Source: Cytophagales bacterium
Lineage (GTDB): Bacteria; Bacteroidota; Bacteroidia; Cytophagales; Spirosomataceae
Assembly (NCBI GenBank): GCA_013298805.1
Contig: JAAFIU010000003.1
Location: forward strand, 49 to 64,048
Reading direction: 5' to 3'
DNA length: 64,000 nt
In this document: one piece after another, positions 40,388-53,202 of the stretch
Numbering within the stretch: the first letter of the stretch is position 1
Layout: every line of letters starts with the position of its first letter
The notes under the pieces: generated by a model
What the model was told of the DNA's origin: nothing
Database searches by the model: none
What the model saw: the letters and a program-made list of their open reading frames with translations, nothing else
Position numbers and translations under genes: made by a program

Positions 40388-41299
40388 ATGGAAAAGATTG
40401 TAAACGTTAATAATATTAGCGAATTTAACGCTGCCAATAATCACAAAACATTGCACCCATTAGTAACTGTGGTTGATTATTCAAAGGCTAATCCGAGAGA
40501 TTGGGGCGATGTGGAATCTATCAAATTTCAGTACGGATTGTATAGTGTTATTTTGAAAGATGTGGTCTGCGGTGATATGAAATATGGTCGCTATTACTAT
40601 GATTATCAGGCTGGTACGTTGGTATTTTATGCTCCAGGTCAGTTTGTAAGTATGGAAAATCCAAAAGCCGTTTATCAGCCTTTGGGTTTTGGGCTGCTTT
40701 TTCACCCTGATTTATTAATTGGAACGCATTTAGGCAAAGTGATTGGTCAATACAAATTTTTTGATTACCAAACCCATGAGGCTTTGCACTTGTCGGATGA
40801 TGAGCGAAAAATGATTCTGGATATCTTTGCTAAAATAGAATTTGAGCTGAAACAGCCCATCGACAAGCACAGCAAGAAACTGATAGCCAGCCATATTGAA
40901 TTATTTTTGGATTATTGCCAACGGTTTTATGACCGCCAGTTTATTACTCGTGAAGTTGCTCATAAAGGTATTTTAGAAAAATTTGAAGACTTGTTGAATA
41001 CTTATTTTCAATCCGATAAACCTCAAAATATCGGACTTCCATCTGTGGCATATTGTGCTGAGGAATTAAACCTTTCCGCCAATTATTTTGGTGATTTGAT
41101 TAAGAAAGAAACGGGGCAATCTGCCAAAGAATTTATTATGAATAAACTCATTGATACAGCCAAAACAAAAGTTTATGAAGGTGAGAAGACCGTAAATGAG
41201 ATTGCGTATGAATTAGGCTTTAAATATCCACAGCACTTTTCGAGATTATTTAAGGATAAAGTGGGGTACTCGCCGAGTGAATTTAAACATTTAAACTAA
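40388..41299 (+). CDS. AraC-family regulator
   Basis: HPLVTVVD, GLPSVAY, LSANYFGDLIKKETG, IAYELGFKYPQHFSRLFK. Confidence 0.9.
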   Translation: MEKIVNVNNISEFNAANNHKTLHPLVTVVDYSKANPRDWGDVESIKFQYGLYSVILKDVVCGDMKYGRYYYDYQAGTLVFYAPGQFVSMENPKAVYQPLGFGLLFHPDLLIGTHLGKVIGQYKFFDYQTHEALHLSDDERKMILDIFAKIEFELKQPIDKHSKKLIASHIELFLDYCQRFYDRQFITREVAHKGILEKFEDLLNTYFQSDKPQNIGLPSVAYCAEELNLSANYFGDLIKKETGQSAKEFIMNKLIDTAKTKVYEGEKTVNEIAYELGFKYPQHFSRLFKDKVGYSPSEFKHLN

Positions 41300-41303
41300 A
41301 AAA

Positions 41304-42246
<943 letters not shown>

Positions 42247-42279
42247 TCGAAAATTCAAATAATTAATAAAATCCGTTTT

Positions 42280-42317
42280 TCAAGATTGTCAGAGTTCAAA
42301 TTATTTGACAATCTTGA
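42280..42317. repeat. REP-like hairpin / terminator between convergent genes
   Basis: TCAAGATTGTCA ... TGACAATCTTGA. Confidence 0.6.
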
Positions 42318-42324
42318 GTTTAAA

Positions 42325-43098
42325 TTATTTCACACGCTTTAAAATCTTCCTAAAATTATAAGCCAACATTACATTCCACATAAAATCTTTATTGTCTGGA
42401 ATATCTGAGTTAAGTGTTTGATTAATAGTCCCTTGTAGTGAAAATGGTGATTTTTTATGAGAAAAAATTCCTGTGGTTGAGAAATATTTACCAGTGAAAC
42501 CGTCTGTGTTCAAGAAATAAATCATTGGAATTAATTGAAGTTTAAAATCTCCTACTACCTTAATATTTGATATTGAACTGTTTAAAAATAATACATTCGT
42601 ATTTTGCGGCCCATGCTTTTGAAGCCCACTTCCATGTAAAAATACTGCTCCTATGCTCCAGTTAGGCGTAATTTGGTAATTGGGAACAATTTCTCCTGCC
42701 GCAAAACGCAGCATTTCTGTTATTTCAGTACTCGTACCATTGTCATTAATCGTATTTTTGATAAGTGTAAAAGCTGGATGCACACCAACTCGTAAACTAA
42801 ATTTCTTTTTTTCGATGGCATAATACCTAAACCAAAATATCAACCCACCTTTACTGGCATCTGGAACAAGGCGAATGTCGGGGTCAAAACTGAATTTATT
42901 TTTTCTTACAAAATAATTCATAATCACCGCTGGGCTATTTAATGAGAAGGTTGGAATAATAGAAAAACCGTTGTTCGTAATACCCACAGAACCCGAAAAA
43001 TTGGTAGTTGTTCCCGTGCTATCTGTTTGCTGACCGTAACTTATTTTGGTAATAAAAGTAGAAAACAAAAATATTGTCAATAGCTTTAAGATGTTCAT
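42325..43098 (-). CDS. Hypothetical exported protein, probable outer-membrane beta-barrel; paralog of 46751-47515
   Basis: Signal peptide, amphipathic strands, shared TNNG.S.IPTF.L and F.WNV.L.Y motifs. Confidence 0.65.
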   Translation of the reverse strand: MNILKLLTIFLFSTFITKISYGQQTDSTGTTTNFSGSVGITNNGFSIIPTFSLNSPAVIMNYFVRKNKFSFDPDIRLVPDASKGGLIFWFRYYAIEKKKFSLRVGVHPAFTLIKNTINDNGTSTEITEMLRFAAGEIVPNYQITPNWSIGAVFLHGSGLQKHGPQNTNVLFLNSSISNIKVVGDFKLQLIPMIYFLNTDGFTGKYFSTTGIFSHKKSPFSLQGTINQTLNSDIPDNKDFMWNVMLAYNFRKILKRVK

Positions 43099-43268
43099 TT
43101 TTAGAAATTTAAAAAGTATATCAGAATAAATATCTACAAAATTAACTTATCAACGAAGCCAATTTTTTATACATATTACAGTTTTACCTACCAATTTTAC
43201 AGTTTGAAGCTAAGCATAACAACTATTTACATATCTTCGAATCACAATTGAATCTGGAAGAAATCGCT

Positions 43269-44156
43269 ATGATAAAATACGAAACGATAAAGCAATACAA
43301 TGAAATGTTTAATAACCAAACTTTGCATCCGCTCATCAGTTTGGTAGATTTGAATAAATCGAACCGGTTACCAAGAAGTAAGTTTACATTGAATTTTTAT
43401 GCCATTGTTATCAAGGAAACTCGCTGTGGAGATATTCGATATGGCAATAAATACTATGACTACGATGAGGGTAGTATGGTATTTTTTGCTCCAAATCAGA
43501 TAGTTATAAGTGAACCCGAAGGCGAATTACATCAGCCTTATGGTATTGCACTTATATTTCATCCAGACCTTATTAAAGGCACGAATTTGGGCAAGCAAAT
43601 CCACGAATATTCTTTCTTTAGTTACCAATCTAATGAGGCATTACACCTTTCGGCAAATGAGAAGGAAATTGTTAATCATTGTTTTGAAAACGTTGCTACT
43701 GAAATCGGACAAAACATTGACCGACATAGCAAAAAATTAATTGTAGCCAATCTTGAATTACTTTTAAAATATTGTTCAAGATTTTATGACCGTCAGTTTA
43801 TTACTCGTGAAAATGCCAATAGTGGAATAATCGAGCAGTTTGAATCGTTGCTAAATGAGTATGTTTTTGGTGAAAAGCTCAAAACTGAAGGTTTACCATC
43901 GGTTGCCTATTTTGCAGATGAATTAAATCTTTCTGCCAATTATTTTGGCGATTTAATCAAAAAAGAAACAGGTAAGTCAGCTTTAGAGTTTATTCATCTA
44001 AAATTATTGGATATAGCCAAAGAAAAGATTTTAGATACCACCAAATCAGTCAGTGAAATTGCTTACGAATTGGGCTTTAAATACCCCCAACATTTTACCA
44101 GATTATTTAAGCAAAAAGTGGGAATTTCTCCTAATGAATATCGGGGACTAAATTAA
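43269..44156 (+). CDS. AraC-family regulator (paralog of 40388-41299)
   Basis: HPLISLVD, GLPSVAYFA, IAYELGFKYPQHFTRLFK. Confidence 0.9.
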   Translation: MIKYETIKQYNEMFNNQTLHPLISLVDLNKSNRLPRSKFTLNFYAIVIKETRCGDIRYGNKYYDYDEGSMVFFAPNQIVISEPEGELHQPYGIALIFHPDLIKGTNLGKQIHEYSFFSYQSNEALHLSANEKEIVNHCFENVATEIGQNIDRHSKKLIVANLELLLKYCSRFYDRQFITRENANSGIIEQFESLLNEYVFGEKLKTEGLPSVAYFADELNLSANYFGDLIKKETGKSALEFIHLKLLDIAKEKILDTTKSVSEIAYELGFKYPQHFTRLFKQKVGISPNEYRGLN

Positions 44157-44173
44157 CAAAGTATCGTATTTAT

Positions 44174-45379
44174 TCAGTTCGATACAATTTTTTCATTATT
44201 CTCCAACACCAATCGCCCAGCCCTAAAAATAATCAACCCCAATAAAGCACAACCGGCCATTACACCTGTCATGGGTAAACTTGTGCCGTTGCTCAATAAG
44301 CCGACCAAAGCCGCAGCCAATGAACCAATGCCCATTTGAATTGCACCCAAAAGTGCCGAAGCACTCCCTGCTTCTTTTGAAAACGGCACTAAGGAAAGTG
44401 CTGATGAATTGGGAAAACTGAAGCCTTGACAACACAAAAAAAAGAAAATAAAAAAAATCGTACTGTATAAATTTAGCCAGTCAAGTGAACTTCCTACGCA
44501 TAAAATAATGCCAATAATGGTTTGTACCGTTAAAACGACTCTTACGATTTGTTCGGAACGGTATTTTCGGAGGGCTAAATTATTTAGTTGACTACTCAAA
44601 ATCAGTCCGCCCGCCAACAAGCCAAATATCCAACCATATTGTTGTTCGGTAACTTTATAAATTTTCATAAATACAAAAGGCGAACCCGATAAATAGGCAT
44701 ATACCCCGCCAGAAACCATTGAACCTGCAAAAGCATAAGTAAAAAATTGTGGATTTCGGAAAATATTAAAGAAAGTTGGGATAATATGTTGTGGCTTTAA
44801 TGATATACTATGGTCTGGTTTCTTACTTTCTGCCAACCTAAAAGTAACGGCTAAAAATAATAAAATGCCCATTCCTGCTTGCAACCAAAATACTGAATGC
44901 CACCCCAATGCCGTAATCATATAACTACCCACAGTCGGAGCAATAATTGGAGATACACCTAAAATTAAAATCAACGTAGAAAATATTTTGGCACTTTCTT
45001 CTACGGGAAAACTATCACGCACGATGGCTCTCGGTGCAACCATTCCCACACAACCGCCCAAGGCTTGCAAAAAGCGTAAGGCAATCAACATTTCAATTGA
45101 CGTTGCTAAAGCACAACCCACCGAAGCCAAAAAATAAATGACTAATCCAATAATTAGCGGGGTTTTACGTCCAAAACGGTCGAGTAATGGGCCATAAATT
45201 AACTGTCCTACGGAAATACCAATAAAGAAACTGGACAGTGAGTAAGAAACGTCATCTACGGTAACATTCAAATCAGTGGCGATACTCGGAAATCCTGACA
45301 AATAGGTATCAATTGAAAAAGGACCAATAGCAGAGAGCACACCAAGAATTAGGATTAGAAGAGTTCGATTGTAGTTCAT
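44174..45379 (-). CDS. Bcr/CflA-family multidrug MFS transporter
   Basis: PFSIDTYL, GPLLDRFGR, RFLQALGG, AGSASAL. Confidence 0.9.
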   Translation of the reverse strand: MNYNRTLLILILGVLSAIGPFSIDTYLSGFPSIATDLNVTVDDVSYSLSSFFIGISVGQLIYGPLLDRFGRKTPLIIGLVIYFLASVGCALATSIEMLIALRFLQALGGCVGMVAPRAIVRDSFPVEESAKIFSTLILILGVSPIIAPTVGSYMITALGWHSVFWLQAGMGILLFLAVTFRLAESKKPDHSISLKPQHIIPTFFNIFRNPQFFTYAFAGSMVSGGVYAYLSGSPFVFMKIYKVTEQQYGWIFGLLAGGLILSSQLNNLALRKYRSEQIVRVVLTVQTIIGIILCVGSSLDWLNLYSTIFFIFFFLCCQGFSFPNSSALSLVPFSKEAGSASALLGAIQMGIGSLAAALVGLLSNGTSLPMTGVMAGCALLGLIIFRAGRLVLENNEKIVSN

Positions 45380-45461
45380 TCGTTGTTATTAAATAAAAGA
45401 AAAAATTGCCCAAATAGCCATGAAAAATTATTTGAGCAAGCAAAGGTAAAACAAAATAATA

Positions 45462-46475
<1,014 letters not shown>

Positions 46476-46750
46476 TTAAAGTAAAATTACTGGTTAACTC
46501 GTGCAAAAAACAACGAAAAGCAAACGAGAACTTACGATTTTCAAACAATATTAAATTTCAAGAAACAACTTTAGAAAACTTTTCAAGAAAACACAAAAGC
46601 ATGCTATTTCTCTATTTAGGATAAATTACATTAAATTTTATCCACATTTCATTGTTTGAATTTCGTAAGTATTCGTTTGAATTTTATTGAAATAAACCAT
46701 AAATTTCAAATAATTTTGTAGAATTATAAAATGCGACAATAACCATTCAG

Positions 46751-47515
46751 ATGAATTCAATAAATCTCCTCAAACACATAAAAAGTAGCGTACTTTTACT
46801 TATTATTATCAATCTTACCCGCATTTCCTTTGCTCAAAAAGCTGATAGTCTCAAGCCTAAAATCCAAGTTTCAGGTGCTATTAGTGTTACCAATAACGGT
46901 ATTTCCGTAATTCCGACATTCATGTTAGGAAAACCAGCTACCATATTTGACCTTGTTGTTCGTAAGAAAAATTTTAGCTTTGAACCTCAATTTCGTTTTG
47001 CCATTGAAGATGTCAAACCGTGGTCTTTTGTTTTTTGGATGAGATATAAACTCATCCAAACCGAAAAATTCAAAATGGGTATTGGGGCTCACCCTTCAAC
47101 GGTTTTTTCAAATACAACCGCAATGGTTAATGGTGTTTCAAAAGACTTTATTTCTGTAAAACGTTATTGGGCAGCAGAATTAACACCTACCTATTTTATT
47201 GCAAAAAATATAAGTGTTGGCGTATATTATTTGTATTCTCGTGGGCTTGCCGATGCTACCCGAAATACCAATTTTATAGCATTGAGTAGTAATTTTTCAA
47301 ATATCAAATTAAGTGACGATATTTATATGAAGGTTGCTCCTCAAGTTTATTATTTACGGATGGATGATAGTGAAGGTTATTACGCAACATCATCTTTTAC
47401 CTTGGCTAAAAAAGATTTTCCTTTGTCGATTTCATCTGTTGTCAATAAAAAAATACAATCAACCATTCCAAGTGAAGATTTTGTCTGGAATGTCAGCTTG
47501 GTTTATTCGTACTAA
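46751..47515 (+). CDS. Hypothetical exported protein, probable outer-membrane beta-barrel; paralog of 42325-43098
   Basis: Signal peptide; terminal aromatic strand WNVSLVYSY. Confidence 0.65.
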   Translation: MNSINLLKHIKSSVLLLIIINLTRISFAQKADSLKPKIQVSGAISVTNNGISVIPTFMLGKPATIFDLVVRKKNFSFEPQFRFAIEDVKPWSFVFWMRYKLIQTEKFKMGIGAHPSTVFSNTTAMVNGVSKDFISVKRYWAAELTPTYFIAKNISVGVYYLYSRGLADATRNTNFIALSSNFSNIKLSDDIYMKVAPQVYYLRMDDSEGYYATSSFTLAKKDFPLSISSVVNKKIQSTIPSEDFVWNVSLVYSY

Positions 47516-47543
47516 CCAATTTACAAATGAACCTGTTTAGTTT

Positions 47544-48443
47544 ATGGAAAAAGTAGAATCATTAGAAGAATTTTATAAGAGAAAATTTGATTGGATGCCA
47601 GAAAGTATTCGTAATGAAATCGGGCATTTCAATGTATTCTCGCACGAAGTAACAGAAGTAGGAAAAACGAAAACTCTTTCTTATAAAAGACGAGATTTTT
47701 ATAAAATAATGTTTGTTCGGGGCGATATAGAAATGAGTTATGCCGATAAAGTAGTGGCAGTCAAAAAACAGGCTCTATTCTTTTCTAACCCACAAATTCC
47801 ATATTCTTGTGGCAATTTGGAGCGAATTGAAGAAGGCATCTATTGTATTTTCAATAGTAATTTCTTCCTCAGGTTTGGAGATTTAAGTCAATATATGGTA
47901 TTTCAACCAACTGGCAATCATGTATTTGAACTGACGGACGAACAAGCAGCACAAGCACTGATTATTTACCAAAAAATGAATGAAGAAATAAAGTCAGATT
48001 ACGTTCATAAATATGATGTGCTACGAAATTTGGTTTTTGAACTCATTCATTTTGCCATGAAAATACAGCCAATTTCTCCACACGACAAAACTCAAATTAA
48101 TGCTTCTCAGCGGATTTCAACCTTATTTTTGGAATTATTAGAAAGGCAATTCCCGATTGACGAAAACCATCAAAACATAAGTCTTCGTTCTGCCTCGAAC
48201 TTTGCTAATCAGTTAAATATTCACGTCAACCACCTGAATAGAGCGATTAAAGAAACAACTCAAAAAACAACTACTCAATTGATTGCGGAACGTATTTTGC
48301 AAGAGGCTAAAATTATGTTGAAACACAGTAAATGGAATATTTCTGAAATTGCTTACGCCTTGGGTTTTACAGAAGTTACCCATTTTAATAATTTCTTCAA
48401 AAAGCACGTAGAAATCAGCCCTGTAAAATATAGAAATCATTAA
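47544..48443 (+). CDS. AraC-family regulator
   Basis: RRDFYKI, LLERQFPI, HVNHLNR, IAYALGF...HFNNFFKK. Confidence 0.9.
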   Translation: MEKVESLEEFYKRKFDWMPESIRNEIGHFNVFSHEVTEVGKTKTLSYKRRDFYKIMFVRGDIEMSYADKVVAVKKQALFFSNPQIPYSCGNLERIEEGIYCIFNSNFFLRFGDLSQYMVFQPTGNHVFELTDEQAAQALIIYQKMNEEIKSDYVHKYDVLRNLVFELIHFAMKIQPISPHDKTQINASQRISTLFLELLERQFPIDENHQNISLRSASNFANQLNIHVNHLNRAIKETTQKTTTQLIAERILQEAKIMLKHSKWNISEIAYALGFTEVTHFNNFFKKHVEISPVKYRNH

Positions 48444-48519
48444 AGCTATTTATTACCTCTCAAACGGGGTTTCATAAACGGGGTTGCCCAAACTGGGTCA
48501 TACCCAAAAGTTGAAAAAA

Positions 48520-49200
48520 ATGAAAATACTATTAGTTGAAGATGATGAACGAATTGCATCATTGGTAAAACGGGGATTAGAAGAAAATGATTATGAAGTA
48601 ATCGTTGCTTATGATGGAGAAATGGGAAAAAAATTAGCCCTACAAAATGACTATGACCTCGTAATTACAGATATTATTTTGCCTAAATTAAATGGTCTGG
48701 AGCTTTGCAAGGAAATAAGAGCCGTAAAACCCGAAATGCTGATTATCATGCTAACTGCCTTGGGAACAACCGATGAAAAAGTAGAAGGCTTTGATGCAGG
48801 AGCAAATGATTATTTGGTAAAACCATTTGATTTTAGAGAATTACACGTGCGAATACGAGCATTGGTAAACCGTCCAAACAGAACCGTTAAAAATCATGGA
48901 TTCTTACTTAAATACGCAAACCTTGAACTCAATAATCAAACAAAAACGGTAAGCCGTTCTGGAACAAATATAAACTTAACTCCTAAAGAGTTTAAGCTAT
49001 TGGAGTACATGATGCAAAATTGTGAACGTATTTTATCCAGAACTGAAATCGCCGAAAAAGTATGGGAAACTCACTTTGACACAGGAACTAACTTTATTGA
49101 TGTGTATATCAACTACTTACGCAAAAAAATAGACCGTGACTATGAGCCAAAGTTGATTCATACTAAATCTGGCATGGGTTTTATATTTAAGGAAGAATGA
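48520..49200 (+). CDS. OmpR-family response regulator (CzcR/CusR-like)
   Basis: MKILLVEDD, DIILPKLNG, GANDYLVKPF, DVYINYLRKKID. Start at the ATG at 48520. Confidence 0.95.
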   Translation: MKILLVEDDERIASLVKRGLEENDYEVIVAYDGEMGKKLALQNDYDLVITDIILPKLNGLELCKEIRAVKPEMLIIMLTALGTTDEKVEGFDAGANDYLVKPFDFRELHVRIRALVNRPNRTVKNHGFLLKYANLELNNQTKTVSRSGTNINLTPKEFKLLEYMMQNCERILSRTEIAEKVWETHFDTGTNFIDVYINYLRKKIDRDYEPKLIHTKSGMGFIFKEE

Positions 49201-50564
49201 AAATAAGGGAAAAACTGAGCATTCTATTTACCATCTTGGCAGGAGCAATCTTGATGATTTTTGCTGCCCTGATTTATTACTCTGCCGCTCAAAATCGTGA
49301 AACTGAATTTTATAATAGGCTCAAAAGTGAAGCCATTACAAAGGCAAATCTATTTTTTACTGCAAAAGTTGACGCTCAAACCCTACAAACTATCTACAAA
49401 AACAATCGTGAAACCATCAACGAAGTAGAAGTTTCAATTTATGATATAGCTTTTAGTTTATTGTACCATGATGCTGTTGAAATTGATGTCGTGAAAGAAA
49501 CGCCACAAATGATTACGAAAATACAAAAAAAACGTTTTTTGAATTTTTATCAGAATGATTGGCAAGTGGTCGGTATTTTATTTCCTTTTGAACAAAAGAA
49601 TTACATCATATTTGCTACTGCTTATGACCAATATGGTTACAGAAAAATGCAAAGTTTGCGAGATACGATGTTAATGATATTGGCTTGTTCAATGGCAATT
49701 ATCTACATGGCTGGGCGTTTTTTTTCAACAAAGGTATTATCGCCTGTAAGTGATATTGTTAATAAAGTAAAAAAAATCAGTGCTTTAAACCTTGATTTAA
49801 GACTCAATAATACTGAAGGAAAAGATGAGTTATCCCAACTATCAAATACATTTAATCAAATGCTTGACCGTTTGGAACACTCTTTTAATGCTCAACAACA
49901 GTTTGTTTCCAATATTTCGCATGAATTAAGAACACCACTTTCTTCCATCATTTCAGAACTTGACCTATCTACTAATAAGGAAAGAAGCATTAAAGAATAT
50001 CAGGCGGTTATTCAGAATACGCTTCAAGATGCCCAAAAACTGGCACGCCTTTCTAACAGCTTACTCGATTTTGCAAAAGCCAGTTATGACCCGTCCGAAA
50101 TATCTTTTCGAGATATTCGTTTAGACGAAGTTTTATTGGATGCCCGCCAACAAGTAGGACGACAAAACCCCTCCTATCAACTTGACATACACTATGAAAC
50201 CGAATTTGAAGATGATAGTGATATTTCGGTTAGAGGAAATGAATACTTACTGAAAGTTGCTTTTGCCAATATTTTTGAAAATGGGTGTAAATTTTCATCA
50301 AACAAGAGTAGCTCTGTGACCATCAGTATAAAAAACGAGTATGTGAAATTACATTTTACAGATAGTGGCGTTGGCATTCAACCCGAAGATTTGCCTAATA
50401 TTTTTACGCCATTTTTTAGAGGAAACAATAAAAAATATGCCGATGGACATGGCATTGGTTTGTCACTTACCCAAAAAATAATAAACCTTCATAAAGGTAA
50501 TATCAGTGTTCAGTCTGTACCCAAAGATGGCTCAATTTTTACCATTGAAATTCCGCACATCTAA
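49197..50564 (+). CDS. HAMP-domain sensor histidine kinase
   Basis: Two TMs, SHELRTPL, NIFENGCKFS, DSGVGI, GIGLSL. Confidence 0.95.
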   Translation: MKIREKLSILFTILAGAILMIFAALIYYSAAQNRETEFYNRLKSEAITKANLFFTAKVDAQTLQTIYKNNRETINEVEVSIYDIAFSLLYHDAVEIDVVKETPQMITKIQKKRFLNFYQNDWQVVGILFPFEQKNYIIFATAYDQYGYRKMQSLRDTMLMILACSMAIIYMAGRFFSTKVLSPVSDIVNKVKKISALNLDLRLNNTEGKDELSQLSNTFNQMLDRLEHSFNAQQQFVSNISHELRTPLSSIISELDLSTNKERSIKEYQAVIQNTLQDAQKLARLSNSLLDFAKASYDPSEISFRDIRLDEVLLDARQQVGRQNPSYQLDIHYETEFEDDSDISVRGNEYLLKVAFANIFENGCKFSSNKSSSVTISIKNEYVKLHFTDSGVGIQPEDLPNIFTPFFRGNNKKYADGHGIGLSLTQKIINLHKGNISVQSVPKDGSIFTIEIPHI

Positions 50565-50567
50565 AAC

Positions 50568-50605
50568 TCTAATAATTTTCTAATAATTTTCTAAAAGTTG
50601 TCTAA
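50568..50605 (+). promoter_or_regulatory. Candidate response-regulator binding array
   Basis: TCTAA at 50568, 50579, 50590 and 50601 (11-bp period) upstream of the efflux operon. Confidence 0.6.
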
Positions 50606-50666
50606 CAGCCTATTCCTTGCCAATGACTGACATTTGTTGTTTAATCTTTAATATTAAATATCAGAC

Positions 50667-51926
50667 ATGAGGTTCAAAGTTTTATTGGTAATTGTAGGTA
50701 TTTCTTTCCTATCAAGTATTTCACCCATTTCTGCCCAAAATAAGTACAATCTCCAAAATGCTTTGCGTACAGCGAAAGAGAATAACCCAATTCTCAAAAC
50801 CCAACAATTTAATAGCATTGTTGCAGAGGCAGATATTATTACGTCAAAACTTCGCCCAAACCCAAAGCTTAATAATCAAACATTATTCTTAGCCAAACCA
50901 ACTTCATTTCCGAATAATACAGACTGGTTCAGTCCACAAAACAGACAAGTTTGGTGGCAATTAACAAAGGTTATTCAAACTCCTGCTGTTCGAAAATCAA
51001 GAATTGAATATTTTCAACAAAACAGCATATTGTCTCAAAAAAACTATCACGAAACCGAAAGGAATATACTACAAGTTGTTGCCCTAAAATGGCTCGATGT
51101 GTGGGTTGCTAAAAAACAGTTGGATATTTTACAAATTGCCATCAACAATACGGATAGTTTAGCAAAAATTAATAGGATAAGATTAGCAAAAGAAGTGATT
51201 ACTTCAACCGACCTTATTCGTACCGAATTATTGGCAAGTCAATATGCTTTACAACAGAAAAATAATGAACAAATCTATAAAAGTGAAATCAGTAATTTGA
51301 AGTTTTTATTGGGAACTGACGAAAGCATTAGCATAGATTTTAATGATGATTTCTCCTTTGATTCTCACGCAAATTTAGATTCGCTTTTAGAACAAACACT
51401 TTTGGATAGAGCCGACATATTGGTTTCTAAAACAACCATTAAAGTAACTGAAGCTAATATTAATCTCCAAAAAGCACTTGCTACCCCACAACCAGAATTG
51501 GGTGTTATTTACAATCCACAAAACTCAGTTCCCTATTTTGGAGTATATGGAACCATTGATTTACCTTTTTTTAATCGAAATCAAGGAGAAATCCAGAAAT
51601 CGAAAGTGTTGAAACTGCGTGCGGAACAAGACCTAAAAACAATTCAATTTCAAGTAGAAACCGAATTGTCGGTTGCCTATAAAAATTACGTTGTTCAAAA
51701 ACAAAATATCCAATCTTTCAAAGATTTATTATCCAAATCAGAAACCATTTTGAGTAGCGTAAAATACTCTTACTTACACGGAGGCACAACAATTGTCGAT
51801 TTTTTGGAAGCACAGCGGAGTTGGTTAGAAACCCAGCAACAATATTATAACAACTTACAACAATACCGTGAAAGCTATATTAGGTTACTTTATACATCAG
51901 GACATATCAGTAAAATGGCTCAATAA
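50667..51926 (+). CDS. TolC/CzcC-family outer membrane efflux protein
   Basis: LRPNP, LPFFNRNQGEI, DFLEAQR; operon context. Confidence 0.9.
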   Translation: MRFKVLLVIVGISFLSSISPISAQNKYNLQNALRTAKENNPILKTQQFNSIVAEADIITSKLRPNPKLNNQTLFLAKPTSFPNNTDWFSPQNRQVWWQLTKVIQTPAVRKSRIEYFQQNSILSQKNYHETERNILQVVALKWLDVWVAKKQLDILQIAINNTDSLAKINRIRLAKEVITSTDLIRTELLASQYALQQKNNEQIYKSEISNLKFLLGTDESISIDFNDDFSFDSHANLDSLLEQTLLDRADILVSKTTIKVTEANINLQKALATPQPELGVIYNPQNSVPYFGVYGTIDLPFFNRNQGEIQKSKVLKLRAEQDLKTIQFQVETELSVAYKNYVVQKQNIQSFKDLLSKSETILSSVKYSYLHGGTTIVDFLEAQRSWLETQQQYYNNLQQYRESYIRLLYTSGHISKMAQ

Positions 51927-51930
51927 TATT

Positions 51931-52102
51931 GAAACTGTTTAAACTTTCCCTTTCGGATTAAACTAAGTCTTTTAGAATAGCTTGTTCCAAAATTTACTCA
52001 ACGTAGTGATGCTATGCAGTTCCACTGGGGCTTCAAATTTTAAAAAAATCAATTCAAAAATACAATACTTTCACCTCAGAAACGGAAAGTTTAAACAGCT
52101 TC
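51931..52102. mobile_element. 172-bp MITE with ATT target duplication
   Basis: att|GAAACTGTTTAAACTTTCC ... GGAAAGTTTAAACAGCTTC|att; TIR related to 24988-25040. Confidence 0.75.
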
Positions 52103-52105
52103 ATT

Positions 52106-53155
52106 ATGAAAAAACACTTCATTATCTGTTTTCTTTGTTCATTTTTTCTGTTGGCTTGTGGAGCTAAAGAAAACAAAAATGTTAAGAAAGAAAATTTATT
52201 ACCCCAAGTAAAAGACAATGGCAAGGAAATTATATTTCCAAGTACGCAAAGTGCCTTGTTTTTTGAAACAGAAACGATTGGAAGCTCTTCCCTAAATGCT
52301 GAAATATCAGCTCCTGCAAAGGTATCTGCCACGGTTGTGGCTTCAAGAGAAGGTGCTTCACAAAATATTATTTTGTTTGAAGATGCAGAATTGGCAACGA
52401 ATTATACCTCGCTGATTCAACATATTCAAAATATCAAGCAAAAAGGCGTAATCATTCAACAAAAACAAGCGGTAATTGCTCGTAAAAAAGTGGAAGTAAA
52501 TCGTTTTGAAGATTTATTAAAAAACGGAGCAGGTACGGGTAAGGACTTAGCCAATGCTCAGGTAGATTTATTGAGTGCCGATACTGAATTGGCCTTAGTA
52601 CAGAATGATTTGGCGAACGAAAAAACTGCCATCATCGAACACGAAACGAAACTAAAAACAGGAGGATTTAACCCACAAGTTTTGTTGAAAGCTCCCGCAG
52701 GAAAAGCTTTTATCATTTGTGATATTCCCGAAAATCAGATTAGTAAAATCAAAGAAGGCGGTACTTGTATCTTACAATTTACCGCATTCCCCAATGAAAA
52801 ATTTACTGGTAAAATTGAAGATGTCGCTGATATGATTGACCAATCTACCCGTATGATGAAACTTAGAGTAAGTCTTAACAATACCAGTCAAAAGCTCAAA
52901 GCTGGAATGTTTGCAACGGTATCATTCGGAGTTAGTGAAGGCAAAAATATCAATATCAATAAAAACTCCCTTATCACAGTACAAGGGAAAAACTACGTAT
53001 TTATAAAAAATGGTGCTTTAACTTTTGAACGCAAAGAAATAGCCATTGGCAATCAAATCGGAGACAGAATCATCGTTTTTAGCGGATTAAGCAACGGTGT
53101 AGCAGTTGCCACTAAAGGAGTTATGCAATTGAAAGGATTAAGTTTTGGGTATTAA
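52106..53155 (+). CDS. RND efflux membrane fusion protein (CzcB-like)
   Basis: Lipobox LLAC, coiled coil, ID.STR..KLRV, LKAGMFA. Confidence 0.9.
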   Translation: MKKHFIICFLCSFFLLACGAKENKNVKKENLLPQVKDNGKEIIFPSTQSALFFETETIGSSSLNAEISAPAKVSATVVASREGASQNIILFEDAELATNYTSLIQHIQNIKQKGVIIQQKQAVIARKKVEVNRFEDLLKNGAGTGKDLANAQVDLLSADTELALVQNDLANEKTAIIEHETKLKTGGFNPQVLLKAPAGKAFIICDIPENQISKIKEGGTCILQFTAFPNEKFTGKIEDVADMIDQSTRMMKLRVSLNNTSQKLKAGMFATVSFGVSEGKNININKNSLITVQGKNYVFIKNGALTFERKEIAIGNQIGDRIIVFSGLSNGVAVATKGVMQLKGLSFGY

Positions 53156-53202
53156 TATTTGTCTAATTTTCATTCCTTAGTACACTGTTTAATAAATAAG
53201 AT

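Noticed and set aside
48484-48519. TTG-start extension of the response regulator
   Set aside because: The receiver domain starts at MKILLVEDD (48520); the extension derives from the micro-duplication tract.
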